DNA from: an uncultured Chroococcidiopsis sp.
Lineage (GTDB): Bacteria > Cyanobacteriota > Cyanobacteriia > Cyanobacteriales > Chroococcidiopsidaceae
Assembly (NCBI GenBank): GCA_964248365.1
Contig: CAXTYC010000003.1
Location: 1-64,000, forward strand
DNA length: 64,000 nt
Direction of reading: 5' to 3'
Shown in pieces: positions 49,364 to 60,027 of this stretch (positions within the stretch are counted from its first letter, which is position 1; each line of letters starts with the position of its first letter). The position numbers and the translations under genes are program-made. Below the pieces are notes generated by a model. That model did no database searches and was not told the origin of the DNA. It was given only the letters and a program-made list of their open reading frames with translations.

Positions 49364-52300
49364 TTAGTTTCTGAGTTGGGCTACTGGTTTTAGGTGGAGG
49401 GGTAGGGATATTTGAGGATAGGTTTTGCGAATTTTTAGCATGATCTGTATGGCTGCTGCTTTGTCTCCAATTGCTATAGTTGCAGATTGTCTGGTGAGAA
49501 TTTCTGCAACGAAGGAGGCGGCTTGCTCGTTTTTTTGGGCTTCGGTTTCCAGAAAGGCAAGAATTCTCTGTTTGGCGACTCTGCCGCGATTGACGCTAGA
49601 CAATACGCTGATGAAATAAGGTGTTAGTTGTTGTAGGCGTTCGGGGTTATCTATGGCGTAGTTTTCTAGATAGTTAGTAGCAAACATCTGCATATCGGCT
49701 GAGGGATGTTCGCTGAATTTGAGTAGGTATTCTTGTCCATAATTTTGTTGAAAGTTGTGAATGACTAAATCGCGCCCAAAAGAGCGGACATCTTCACGTA
49801 TACTGTCACAAATGCTAACTATTACTTCTGGTGTCCAATCTTGGGCTGTGAAGTCGTTACTAAAAATTCTGGTTGCAAATTCGCGGGAGTCATCCCATTT
49901 TGACTCTAGTAATCGCACGGCAGATAACATTTGTTCTGAGTTTGTGCGAATATGATTTAAATTTCGCACAAACATTTGTCGTGCTGCTTCACGTATGGCT
50001 ATAATTTCGTGATTTGCAAGTTTGACTATTTCGCTGATTTGGAATTCGGGTAGGAAGCGCTCGCTATTTTCTTGCAATACTAAACCACCCAATTCTTGGG
50101 CAGAGGAAGATTTAGCATGAAGTAGCAACATGGCTTTGTCTTTACTTATATTAGACATCCAATTCGGTATGTCTTCTCGTAGCAATTGCACTACATATTT
50201 ATGAATGCCTTCGTGTCTTTCTGGTGCGATTAATACATCGATTAAATCAGAGGCGATCGCACTGGCAAAGTCTGTATTATTATTTGCTAAGCGTCGAATA
50301 ACTGGACGAATGGCATGACGAATATCAGTGACGGCGTTAATTGCCATTGCTGTTATTAGTGTGCGATCGTTTAACAATTTCTCATCAGGTAATTGTCCAA
50401 AAATTCTCACACCAATACCACGTACTGATTCATAAGGAGAAGCAAGCAGTGATTCAATTAAATTAGGTGGTAAATCAACTGCCCTCGTTTCGTGGTTAAG
50501 TAAAATACGAGCGCCTAATTCTTGAATTTTTGGCATTGGGTGTCGCAGTAAGTCTAAGATGACACCAAATCCTAAGTTACGCAGTTGGGGTGTAAAGCTA
50601 ATTAGCAAAGTCTCGCCAATTTCTTTCGCCATATAGGTTTGAGTGGGTTCAAGTGCTAATACAGCAGCGATTATGCGTCCAATTAGTACCCTGGCTGTGG
50701 CATCATCTAAAATTGAGGAACTTAACAACCTACGGGCAAAAGCACGAGTATCAGCTTGTTTACTGGTGACTAAGCTGGCGATAAACTCGCTGGATGTAAA
50801 AAAGTATTCGCGTTGCGCTTCAATCCAATGGTAAGCTTGTGTACGAGCGTTTTGTGATATGCAATTGGCAGCAGCTAAAACTAATGTTTGATTAGGTTGG
50901 GCTGGGTTGTAGCGAGTAACTGCCAGCGAAAAGGCAAATTCGACTGTAACTTCGTAGGGTTTATTTAGTAGTAGGATGATGGTGTTGATGTCGAGGCGAT
51001 CGCAAAATTCTGTACTTGTCCGTATCGCTTTAGCGGCAAAATGATGTACAGGGCGACAGTCACTTTCTAATAATAGTTGTAATAGTGCTTCTGGGTGTTG
51101 TTGCCAAAGTTCAGGAAACGCTTCTTCTCTTACATTCGGTTCTGGATATCCTGGTTTGTAAGTTTCTTTGCAACGCCATGCTTTGGGATGGGAAATATAG
51201 CGCGGGCTGTTTTCGTACAGAATATGATTAAATGTTAAGTATGGCGCATAATTATCCCAAGATATGGTAATGCGATCATAGGAACGGCGTTGCTGATTCC
51301 ATCTTGTAAAGCTTGTTTGTCTAACTGGTTGAGCATCCCGATCAGAATACTGAAGCAAAACGCCTACAGCCATTTTTACATATTCAGGATCGCCCTCTTC
51401 GCCCAACTGCTTAAGAGTACGCCACACCCGCCGCCGCAAATATTCACGAGTTTGTTTACTGTAAGCTAGTCTTGCATTAGGGCGCTGCATTTCTGCTTCA
51501 AACTCGCTGATTCCGAGAGTTTCCCATTGGCGTGTTGTAGAGTTGTATCTATTATTTTGTGTTCTTAAGTACTCACCGCCTGGGAGATAGACGTAATACC
51601 CATCACTGTCATAATTTCCCGATTCTTTCTCAAACGTATAAGCAAGAATGCCAAAAATTTCTGCATCGTGGCGATATTCAGCGATTTTGAAAATGTGGCG
51701 AATTTGCTTGAAATAGTTAGGTTTAAGTGGCGCTTCGCATAAAATATCTAGTAGTGCTGGACGTACATATTCGTTATCGATTTGATAGATAGTATCGAGA
51801 ACGGCAAAACGTTTGTAATCACTGCTGTCTAAATAAGTTTTTAGTGCTGCGGCGAATGCGTCTGCTGATCCATTCTGAGCTAATTTTGATAGAGATGAGG
51901 GTAGGCGATTTATGCATTCTGAACGCGCTGCTTTAGCATTTTGATTTGATAATTTTAGTAATGCTTCAAAAGCAATCCGACGAACAAATGCAGGGTGAGA
52001 AGCATTAGACAGGCGTTCGAGGCTAGCGATCGCATATTCATCCCCACACCAACCCAACGCCCAAGCAATACAATAATCTCTCAGGGGTTCGCCAGTGCCA
52101 ATTAGCTCAATTAATAACGGTGTGGCTTCCTTAATTTTCAGTTCTCCAGCCCGCCAAATCACTCGATCTAAAGACCATTTTCTTTCGTCTCGATTCGCAA
52201 GCCGATTTAGAATAGCCTGATGGCGTGGATCACTACTGGTGAGTGTTACATCTGTGCGAGTTGTGACTAGTGCGGGAGTATTACTAATTGGTTGATTGGT

Positions 52301-52537
52301 AGTATCTTGGTAGCCTTTTTTAACTTTTTCTCTAACTAGCTGCTCGAAAACTCGCTCTGCTTCGGCTAGTGGTACAGGCTGGGTTGTCTTCGTTCCTTCT
52401 TTGAGGTTAGTACCGCGTCGTCCATAGCGAAAGTTTACCACATAGCGGTTTTGCCCCGTCTGGCATAAATCAACTTCGTAGACTTTATCTGAACTTCCTT
52501 CTTGATAGCACAGCGTAGTCCGTTTGATTAGTTGCAT
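49364..52537 (-). CDS. WGR-domain protein with HEAT/ARM repeats
   Basis: N-terminal EGSSDKVYEV...FRYGRRG WGR domain, then ~900 aa of helical repeats; GGAG SD before the ATG at 52537. Confidence 0.85.
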   Translation of the reverse strand: MQLIKRTTLCYQEGSSDKVYEVDLCQTGQNRYVVNFRYGRRGTNLKEGTKTTQPVPLAEAERVFEQLVREKVKKGYQDTTNQPISNTPALVTTRTDVTLTSSDPRHQAILNRLANRDERKWSLDRVIWRAGELKIKEATPLLIELIGTGEPLRDYCIAWALGWCGDEYAIASLERLSNASHPAFVRRIAFEALLKLSNQNAKAARSECINRLPSSLSKLAQNGSADAFAAALKTYLDSSDYKRFAVLDTIYQIDNEYVRPALLDILCEAPLKPNYFKQIRHIFKIAEYRHDAEIFGILAYTFEKESGNYDSDGYYVYLPGGEYLRTQNNRYNSTTRQWETLGISEFEAEMQRPNARLAYSKQTREYLRRRVWRTLKQLGEEGDPEYVKMAVGVLLQYSDRDAQPVRQTSFTRWNQQRRSYDRITISWDNYAPYLTFNHILYENSPRYISHPKAWRCKETYKPGYPEPNVREEAFPELWQQHPEALLQLLLESDCRPVHHFAAKAIRTSTEFCDRLDINTIILLLNKPYEVTVEFAFSLAVTRYNPAQPNQTLVLAAANCISQNARTQAYHWIEAQREYFFTSSEFIASLVTSKQADTRAFARRLLSSSILDDATARVLIGRIIAAVLALEPTQTYMAKEIGETLLISFTPQLRNLGFGVILDLLRHPMPKIQELGARILLNHETRAVDLPPNLIESLLASPYESVRGIGVRIFGQLPDEKLLNDRTLITAMAINAVTDIRHAIRPVIRRLANNNTDFASAIASDLIDVLIAPERHEGIHKYVVQLLREDIPNWMSNISKDKAMLLLHAKSSSAQELGGLVLQENSERFLPEFQISEIVKLANHEIIAIREAARQMFVRNLNHIRTNSEQMLSAVRLLESKWDDSREFATRIFSNDFTAQDWTPEVIVSICDSIREDVRSFGRDLVIHNFQQNYGQEYLLKFSEHPSADMQMFATNYLENYAIDNPERLQQLTPYFISVLSSVNRGRVAKQRILAFLETEAQKNEQAASFVAEILTRQSATIAIGDKAAAIQIMLKIRKTYPQISLPLHLKPVAQLRN

Positions 52538-52608
52538 CCGGTTGTCTCCACTATTGGTATTTAATAGTATATGTGTACTAATGTGCAAAGGGTAGGGGTG
52601 GGTATAAC

Positions 52609-52774
52609 TTAGATCTTGCATCTTTCCCATAGTCCGCCTGCTAATTAATTAGCAGGCTCACAGCCAAAGTCTTCTTAAGAAGACTACATTGGGTTGCAGT
52701 CCATTGAAATGGACTTGAGCTATTAGCCCAAAAAAGAAGTAAGGGGCGGTGATTGAAACTGGCGCAATATGTAA
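52609..52774. mobile_element. MITE/REP-like element with three internal palindromes
   Basis: Palindromes at 52636-52657 (22 bp, perfect), 52668-52685 (18 bp, perfect) and 52698-52715; imperfect terminal inverted repeats (10 of 14). Confidence 0.5.
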
Positions 52775-52902
52775 ATATAATCAAATCCAGTTATAGCAAA
52801 TGATGTATAACCTCGTAACTAGGCTCACTTCATACTAGGCTTGAGCTTAGTTACGAGCGTTACCCAACTTACGCCTGGTAACGAGTAACCCGTCACTACA
52901 GG

Positions 52903-53559
52903 CTAAGGATTGATTTGACTCAAAATCACTTTCAAGCGATCGTAATCGTCTTTAAGTAGTACGCTCAGAGTACGTCCTGCTTTAACTAACCACTCTCTTT
53001 CTGCTTTGCGTAGCTGATAGACTTGTCGAATTGCAGCTGCTATTAAGGCTTCTATGGGCGCACCTTTCACTTCTAACAAAGTTCTTAAAAAATCTAGCTG
53101 TTCGCTGAAGAAAATAATATCTTCTGGTTGGCAACGGTAAACAGCCTGATGAATTTGAGGCGGACGAGGTGGAAGATATTGATAAATCTGGCGCCCCGCG
53201 CGTTTTGAAGCTTTTTCCGGCTCAAATCCGACAATAGCAGCTCGAAACTCGGTTTTGAGCATAGCGAAGATCTGGGGTTGTTGCTCTCGCAAGTCTTGTA
53301 AAGACAACCCTAAAGCCCTGGCTCGATGAATTGAGTCGATGGGCATGGTGGTAGCATAGTATACTACGGCGTATATTTGATTACCTGACTCTTCATCCCT
53401 GGACTTTACCCAGCTACCAAATGGGGGCATAACTGGGAAACTCAATTCATCTGGTTCTAAGCATTGAGCTAAAAATTCAGTCGTGGCGGTTTCGATCACC
53501 TCAGCTAGGTAGTCTGGGTGGCGATCGCCTGTGGCAAATTGGGGTAGGGGAAGGCGCAT
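52903..53559 (-). CDS. HAS-barrel domain protein
   Basis: AEVIETATTEFLAQC, PPFGSWV and YQYLPPRPPQIH motifs. Confidence 0.75.
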   Translation of the reverse strand: MRLPLPQFATGDRHPDYLAEVIETATTEFLAQCLEPDELSFPVMPPFGSWVKSRDEESGNQIYAVVYYATTMPIDSIHRARALGLSLQDLREQQPQIFAMLKTEFRAAIVGFEPEKASKRAGRQIYQYLPPRPPQIHQAVYRCQPEDIIFFSEQLDFLRTLLEVKGAPIEALIAAAIRQVYQLRKAEREWLVKAGRTLSVLLKDDYDRLKVILSQINP

Positions 53560-53773
53560 TATTAGGGGCTAGGGGCTAGAGGCTGGGGGCTAGGGAGAGG
53601 GGGAACTCGATCTTCCCCTTTGGGGATAAGGGGGCAAGGGGGAGAGTGGGAGACAATTATCAATGTACAAGGGAGAGAAGCCGCAAGGCTACAATGAACA
53701 ATTATCAATGAACAAGTGGTAGTTGATAGTTGTTCATTGTTTCTCTAGCCTCTAGCCCCTAGCCTCCAGCCTC

Positions 53774-53971
53774 CTATTTTGCTTTTTTGCCTCTGGCTGT
53801 GACTTCTACCGCTTCTAATTCTGATAGGTTAAATGTGATTAATTTGTCCCAGTTACCGCCTTCAAATAGCACAGCTGCTTTGCCATCTGTTATCCGTTGA
53901 ACTAGTCCTTGATAACCGTAGTATATATCGTTGGGGTTTTTCACTTGCACAGCAGATCCAGGCAGAATCAT
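53774..53971 (-). CDS. ndhS: NAD(P)H dehydrogenase subunit NdhS
   Basis: [47 protein letters not shown]. Confidence 0.93.
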   Translation of the reverse strand: MILPGSAVQVKNPNDIYYGYQGLVQRITDGKAAVLFEGGNWDKLITFNLSELEAVEVTARGKKAK

Positions 53972-54104
53972 AACTTTTCCTCTTGACTACTATTAAATAA
54001 ATTTGGACTTATATTAAATTATTCCTTAACCTCTTGCCAGTACGGGCAACGCAATGCCCCTACCTATTCCCTAGTCCCTAGCCCCTAGCCCCTAGCCCCT
54101 ATCT

Positions 54105-55355
54105 TTAGCCCCTTTTCAGCCGATAATTTGCTACTGATTGTACAATGCCGATCCCAATGAAATTAGTCAACAAAGCTGATCGACCGTAACTAATCCAGGG
54201 CAAAGGAATACCTGTTACAGGTGCAAGCCCAATCGTCATGCTAATGTTAATAATCACCTGAAACACTATCATCGACAATACACCAATTGTGAGTAATGAG
54301 CCAAAGTTGTCTTTAGCACTTTGGGCGATCAATACTAAGCGTAGGCAAATTAGCCAAAAGACAAACAGCAGTAATAGGCTACCAACAAAACCCAATTCTT
54401 CACCTACAGAGGAGAAAATGAAGTCGGTATGCTGTTCAGGAATGAAATTGAGTTGGGTTTGTGTTCCGTGATATAATCCTCGTCCCCACAGTTCGCCTGC
54501 ACCGATGGCAATGCGAGATTGAATCAGGTGGTATCCTCCGCCAAGGGGATCTTTTTCGGGATTGAGGAATAAAACTAGGCGGTCTTTTTGATAGTCTTTG
54601 AGTAATCCCCAGAGGATATGTCCTAATTCTCCTGCCAGGAAGTTGACAGCGATCGCCCCGATTGTTCCCAACCACTTACTCGGTAGAGTTAGCCACGCGA
54701 TCGCACCCATAGCCGCCGCCCAAGCTATCCATGCGGGTAAATACACGTTAAACAAAATTATGGAAACAATCGGAGAAACAAGCAGTACTAACCAACCTGG
54801 ATGAGCATTACCCCAGTAAAGCATTCCCAAGGTAATTGCACCAAATACTAGTGAAGTGCCTAAATCTGGCTGTAAAAATACTAACGCCCAAGGGACAGCA
54901 GTTATCAATAAGGCTCGCACCACGTTGGGAATCTTCGCTGCTGTTTTACTATGTAATAGTGCGGCTAGGGTGATAATTACTCCTAGCTTGGCAAACTCAG
55001 AGGGTTGCAGGTTAAAGCCAGCAATACTAATCCATCTTTGTGCGCCCTTGGCACTTGTACCTGTCACCATCACAGCAATCAAGGATAAATTCGTGATGGC
55101 GTAAATTATCCAGTGCCACTTAATCAGGTACTCATAACGACAACGAGAAATCAACAGTGCGATCGCCAAGCCAATACCACCAAACAGCCAGTGCTGGAAC
55201 CAGTCGGTGATTCCCTGGTTTAATTGGGTACTGCGGATCATTACTCCCCCAAACAGGGTGACACCAGCACTTAAGGCAAATAGCAACCAATCGACTTGAT
55301 GCCAGGATGCAAGTAGAGATTTCCAGCGAAAGGGGATTATTACACTTCGTAACAT
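54105..55355 (-). CDS. rodA: Rod shape-determining peptidoglycan polymerase RodA
   Basis: GAQRWI, QPSEFAK, QPDLGT, PEQHTDFIF and ISYGRS SEDS motifs. Confidence 0.92.
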   Translation of the reverse strand: MLRSVIIPFRWKSLLASWHQVDWLLFALSAGVTLFGGVMIRSTQLNQGITDWFQHWLFGGIGLAIALLISRCRYEYLIKWHWIIYAITNLSLIAVMVTGTSAKGAQRWISIAGFNLQPSEFAKLGVIITLAALLHSKTAAKIPNVVRALLITAVPWALVFLQPDLGTSLVFGAITLGMLYWGNAHPGWLVLLVSPIVSIILFNVYLPAWIAWAAAMGAIAWLTLPSKWLGTIGAIAVNFLAGELGHILWGLLKDYQKDRLVLFLNPEKDPLGGGYHLIQSRIAIGAGELWGRGLYHGTQTQLNFIPEQHTDFIFSSVGEELGFVGSLLLLFVFWLICLRLVLIAQSAKDNFGSLLTIGVLSMIVFQVIINISMTIGLAPVTGIPLPWISYGRSALLTNFIGIGIVQSVANYRLKRG

Positions 55356-55523
55356 TTGAGAGGGGCTAGGGGCTAGGGGCTAGGGGCTAGGGAGAGTGGG
55401 AGAGTGGGAGAGGGGGAAGACTTGCGAGAGAGGGGGAAGCTTAAAGTAATTCTCACCTTGTCCCCTTGTCCCCTTGTCCCCTTGTCCTTTTTCTAGTCCC
55501 TAGCCCCCAGCCCCTAGCCCCTA

Positions 55524-56594
55524 CTAGATTAATGCAGCAACGGAAACTTTGCCAGCGATCGCTTTGGCAACTTGGGTGAGTGCCTTAGCTGAGGCGGAAT
55601 CGGGATCGGCGACGACAATGGGAACACCGCGATCGCCTCCTTGTCGCAAGGAAATTTCTAGGGGTATGCATCCCAGCAATGGTACACCTAGTTCAGAGGC
55701 TGTCTTTTCCCCACCACCAGAACCAAAAATGTCATATTGCTTATCTGGCATATCTGGGGGAATGAAATAGCTCATGTTTTCTACTATTCCCAAGACAGGC
55801 ACTTGCATTTGTTGGAACATTCGCAAACCCTTGCGAGAATCCAATAAGGCAACATTCTGAGGTGTGGTAACAATTACTGCCCCTGCCATTGGTACTGCTT
55901 GCGTCAGGGTTAGCTGGGCATCTCCTGTTCCTGGGGGCATATCTACAATTAGATAATCTAGATCGCCCCACTGCACTTGATAGAGAAACTGGCGAATTAC
56001 CCCATTGAGCATTGGTCCGCGCCAAATTACTGGCTGGTCGCGGTCAATCAAAAAACCCATTGAAACGAGCTTAACGCCGTGATTAAAGGCTGGTTGCAGT
56101 ATTTCACCTTTCTCCCCTGGCTGGACGGTAATTTGAGCTTGTTCCAATCCCAGCATGGTGGGGGCGTTGGGACCATAGATATCCGCATCTAATAGCCCAA
56201 CCTTCGCCCCTGAAGAAGCCAAGGCAACAGCAACATTTACGGCTACTGTACTTTTACCCACACCGCCTTTGCCACTGGATATTGCCAAGATATTTTTAAC
56301 ACCTGAAATTCCTGTGCGATCGGGTAAGCCTTTTTGTTGGGGTGTTTCGGCTGTTACATCTACCGATACATCTGTTACACCTGGTAACTGCTTAACAGCT
56401 TTTTGACAGTCTTGAACAATAAATTCCCGTAACGGACAAGCTGGGGTTGTCAGCACCAAGGTGAAGCTGACGAAGCCGTCGTCAATTTTGACATTGCGAA
56501 TCATGTTCAGTTCTACCAGACTCTTGCGAAGTTCTGGGTCTTGCACTGGGCGCAACACTTCTAATACAGAACTGGTATTAAGGATGTCAGACAT
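55524..56594 (-). CDS. mrp: Mrp/ApbC/NBP35 Fe-S cluster carrier ATPase
   Basis: DUF59 N-domain (TTPACP); SGKGGVGKST, DADIYGP, WRGPM and DMPPGTGD motifs. Confidence 0.93.
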   Translation of the reverse strand: MSDILNTSSVLEVLRPVQDPELRKSLVELNMIRNVKIDDGFVSFTLVLTTPACPLREFIVQDCQKAVKQLPGVTDVSVDVTAETPQQKGLPDRTGISGVKNILAISSGKGGVGKSTVAVNVAVALASSGAKVGLLDADIYGPNAPTMLGLEQAQITVQPGEKGEILQPAFNHGVKLVSMGFLIDRDQPVIWRGPMLNGVIRQFLYQVQWGDLDYLIVDMPPGTGDAQLTLTQAVPMAGAVIVTTPQNVALLDSRKGLRMFQQMQVPVLGIVENMSYFIPPDMPDKQYDIFGSGGGEKTASELGVPLLGCIPLEISLRQGGDRGVPIVVADPDSASAKALTQVAKAIAGKVSVAALI

Positions 56595-56848
56595 GGCATT
56601 CTTCACTCTTGAGCGGGGCAACTAAGGACGCTGGAATTTCTATCTAATTGCATCTTAGCGGTCAAGCGCTTCTTGTCGGTTGTGTTGCAAAAATCTCTGT
56701 TGAGTTAGTAACCTATCTCAACACAGTTAATCACTTTGGCGACCCTCAATTTAAAATCTGAGTTCCAGTGATGTCATAAATCCTCTAAGAGGACAGTTCC
56801 AGATCTATGCGATCAGGTAAACATTAAATTTCTTGTAATACTCTTGTG

Positions 56849-56869
56849 GTGCAGGCAAGATGCCTGCAC
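56849..56869. repeat. REP-like palindrome GTGCAGGCA-AGA-TGCCTGCAC
   Basis: Perfect 9-bp arms. Confidence 0.6.
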
Positions 56870-56912
56870 AGGGGTGAATGTATAAACTTTTGCCAGAAGT
56901 CTATTTATTATA

Positions 56913-57024
56913 CTACGGTTAATCAATAGGATAATGGTACTTTAATACCTTGTACTTATGGTCTAGTTATGGCATACTCACTCTTATCAATATTAATTAC
57001 GGTATTCCTACCGGATTAATGTAG
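56913..57024. promoter_or_regulatory. Two inverted copies of the candidate CysR operator upstream of cysR
   Basis: 56913-56939 (minus) and 56998-57024 (plus) align with 30294-30320. Confidence 0.45.
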
Positions 57025-57253
57025 TTTATAGGTATCCGGCTGTTATCTGCACAACCATGATAGACAGGCAAGCCGTGCTGAACACTTTAAGCGTTGATTT
57101 TCGGGAACGTTTGAAAGTCAAAAAGGTTTAAATTGTACCATAAACTAGCAAAAATTGAATACTACTGACTCGATAATTGAAAATTTTCTCGGAGGAGCAG
57201 GTATTTAGCCAAAATTGCCCCCGACAAGACAAACGCCCTCACACTTTTAGATT

Positions 57254-57841
57254 ATGACCATTTTTCCTGTTTTACCCAATCGATTTGCACAGCAAACAGT
57301 ATCTAAATTTGCTCGCCGCGAGTTTTTACCGACGAGGGATGCTCTGTGGCAAATTGAAACTGGCGTGGTTCGCACCCAAACTATTTTAGAGGACGGAAAC
57401 TCGATCACTTTAGGATTATGGGGAGCGGGGGATGTTGTCGGTAAAGTTTTATGCAACGCTAACCCTTTTCAAATTGAATGTATTACGACCTGCGAGGCAA
57501 CTTTAATACCTGCACACAGATGGCACGAATTGACCCAGGCGATGATTTTGCATATTCAGCGATCGGTAGAGTTAATGGAGATTGTGCATTACCGACAGGC
57601 TGAAACCTCTGTCTTGAAGTTGTTTGCTTGGTTAGCCAAAAGGTTTGGTCAAGAAGTAGACCAAGGACGACTGATTGATCTACGCTTAACTCATCAAGAC
57701 ATTGCAGATTTGCTTGGATTAACTCGCGTGACAGTATCACGGATAATCGGCAACCTGGAAAAGCAAGGAATGATTCAGCGCCAACAACGTTATTTCATCG
57801 TTTCCCACGATCAACCCCCCTTCTGGCATTATGAAATTTAG
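57254..57841 (+). CDS. cysR: Crp/Fnr-family transcriptional regulator, CysR-like
   Basis: LWQIETGVVRT, TLGLWGAGDVVG and LTHQDIADLLGLTRVTVSR HTH; short Crp form typical of cyanobacterial CysR. Confidence 0.7.
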   Translation: MTIFPVLPNRFAQQTVSKFARREFLPTRDALWQIETGVVRTQTILEDGNSITLGLWGAGDVVGKVLCNANPFQIECITTCEATLIPAHRWHELTQAMILHIQRSVELMEIVHYRQAETSVLKLFAWLAKRFGQEVDQGRLIDLRLTHQDIADLLGLTRVTVSRIIGNLEKQGMIQRQQRYFIVSHDQPPFWHYEI

Positions 57842-57991
57842 GGGCTAGGGGAAAGAGGAGGGGGAGAGGGGGAGAGTGGGAGAGGGGGAGAATCATTAAT
57901 TCCGTATTCACAACTCCTGACTTCTCAACTGCTGACTCCTGACTCCTGACTACTGACTCCTGACTTCCTTACGAATTACGAATTAATTATC

Positions 57992-59368
57992 ATGTCTACA
58001 AAAGAAACTAGTCATCAAAATCATGCTTGTTGCAGCCCTGGCTATGCAACGCCAGCAGATGCGATGCAAGCAGAAAAAGAAAAGTTACTTTACGCGATCG
58101 CTCTCTACACAGGTACAGGAATTGAACAGCCAGATTACCTAGCAACCGTAGATGTCGATCCCAACTCCCCGACTTACTCGCAGGTAATTCACCGTCTACC
58201 TATGCCCTATATTGGGGATGAATTACATCATTTTGGCTGGAATGCTTGTAGTTCTTGTCATGGCGATGCAAGTAAATCCCGACGCTTCTGTGTAATTCCA
58301 GGTCAACGGTCTAGCCGAATTTATATTGTCGATACCCAAGAAGAGAAAGCGCCTAAAATCCACAAAGTCATCGAACCAGAAGAAATCAAAGCAAAGACAC
58401 ACCTTAGCGCACCTCATACCGTACACTGTCTGGCAGATGGTCATATAATGATTTCCATGCTGGGTGACAGTGAAGGTAATGCCCCTGGTGGATTCTTGTT
58501 ACTCGATGAGAATTTTGATATTGTTGGTCGCTGGGAACGTCAAGCGACTGCAATGAAATTTAACTATGATTTCTGGTATCAGCCACGTCATAACGTCATG
58601 GTAAGTAGTGAGTGGGGCGCACCCAAGACTTATTATCCTGGCTTTGACCTCAAAGATGTGGCAGCTGGGAATTATGGTCGTCAGTTACATTTTTGGGATT
58701 GGTCAAAACATGAAATTATTCAAAGTTTTGATTTGGGTGAGGATGGGTTAATTCCTCTGGAAGTGCGCTTTCACCACGATCCTGATAGTACTCACGGTTT
58801 TGTCGGTGCAGCACTGGGTAGTAATGTTTGGCATTGGCACAAATTTAATGATGGTTGGGAAGTTGAGAAAGTGATTGATGTGCCATCAGTGGAGGTGGAA
58901 GGCTGGCAAATCCCCGTCCCGTCGTTGATTACTGATATTCTGATTTCAATGTGCGATCGCTATATCTACTTCTCGAACTGGCTACACGGTGATATCCGCC
59001 AGTACGATATCAGCGATCCATCCCATCCTAAACTTACTGGTCAAGTTTGGTGTGGTGGCTTGTTAGGTAAAGGTGGTGAAATCCAAGGACACCCGCTTCA
59101 GGGTGGACCACAAATGTTGCAATTGAGTCTGGATGGCAAGCGCCTGTATGTAACTAATTCGCTGTTTAGTACCTGGGATAATCAATTTTACCCACAACTA
59201 GCTAAAAGCGGCTCTTATTTATTACAAATTGACTGCGATACCCAGAACGGTGGCTTGAAGATCAACCAAGACTTTTATGTTGACTTTGGTAAAGAGCCAG
59301 CCGGAGCATCACGCGCTCATGAAATGCGTTACCCAGGCGGAGATTGCACCTCTGATATTTGGATTTAA
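57992..59368 (+). CDS. Selenium-binding protein SBP56 / methanethiol oxidase family
   Basis: [38 protein letters not shown] and [15 protein letters not shown] motifs. Confidence 0.92.
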   Translation: MSTKETSHQNHACCSPGYATPADAMQAEKEKLLYAIALYTGTGIEQPDYLATVDVDPNSPTYSQVIHRLPMPYIGDELHHFGWNACSSCHGDASKSRRFCVIPGQRSSRIYIVDTQEEKAPKIHKVIEPEEIKAKTHLSAPHTVHCLADGHIMISMLGDSEGNAPGGFLLLDENFDIVGRWERQATAMKFNYDFWYQPRHNVMVSSEWGAPKTYYPGFDLKDVAAGNYGRQLHFWDWSKHEIIQSFDLGEDGLIPLEVRFHHDPDSTHGFVGAALGSNVWHWHKFNDGWEVEKVIDVPSVEVEGWQIPVPSLITDILISMCDRYIYFSNWLHGDIRQYDISDPSHPKLTGQVWCGGLLGKGGEIQGHPLQGGPQMLQLSLDGKRLYVTNSLFSTWDNQFYPQLAKSGSYLLQIDCDTQNGGLKINQDFYVDFGKEPAGASRAHEMRYPGGDCTSDIWI

Positions 59369-59502
59369 GAGACTTCTTGCTCCAAGTCGGGGAAAGGGTA
59401 AAGGGACTCGGGGAAAGGGAAAAGGAAATTCGCGCATTCGCGCATTGATGATTTTCCCCTTATTCCCCTGCCCCCCTGCCCCCCTGCGCTAATGATCGCC
59501 TC

Positions 59503-60027
59503 TCAAAAATCAAAACAACTGTCTTTGAGTGGTTTGTGCTTTGCTGATAAAGCAGTACTAGCTGCTTGTTCAGCTGCTTGGGCTAGTGCCTCTGCTACCC
59601 GTGCCGCATGGGGTCGAATCAGTGACCAAATTAGCGGTGATAACCAACCGTTTAATGTTACAGAGTAAGATACACAAGTACCACAAACTGTTGATTCTAC
59701 CTGATAAGTTATTCTTTCTTCCACGCCTGGAATTGCTAAAATCCGCACGCTGAGCAACTCACGAGGCAGCACACGCTCGACAAAAATGCGAATTGGAATT
59801 GGACCTAGACGGGTTACTGCCTGAAACATTAGTCCAGGTTCTGGCACTAGTCCATTGGGAACGTTGGTACTTGTTAGCAGTGGATGCCAGGAAACATCCG
59901 CCAAATTAGCTACTTTTTGCCAAAGCTCATCGACAGAGGCAGAACTAATCTGCCTATAAGTTCGCACCAAAGAACACCTCACGCGGCGACCTTTGCGGTG
60001 TATAAATTTGGATAAGCAGCTTAGCAT
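59503..60027 (-). CDS. SRPBCC/START-fold protein
   Basis: SSASVDELWQKVANLADVSWHP N-terminal pattern; C-terminal helix. Confidence 0.7.
   Translation of the reverse strand: MLSCLSKFIHRKGRRVRCSLVRTYRQISSASVDELWQKVANLADVSWHPLLTSTNVPNGLVPEPGLMFQAVTRLGPIPIRIFVERVLPRELLSVRILAIPGVEERITYQVESTVCGTCVSYSVTLNGWLSPLIWSLIRPHAARVAEALAQAAEQAASTALSAKHKPLKDSCFDF

Noticed and set aside
52538..52630. N-terminal 31 codons of the WGR ORF as called by the track
   Set aside because: The upstream ATG lies in the palindromic element; the ATG at 52537 has a GGAG SD and begins the WGR domain
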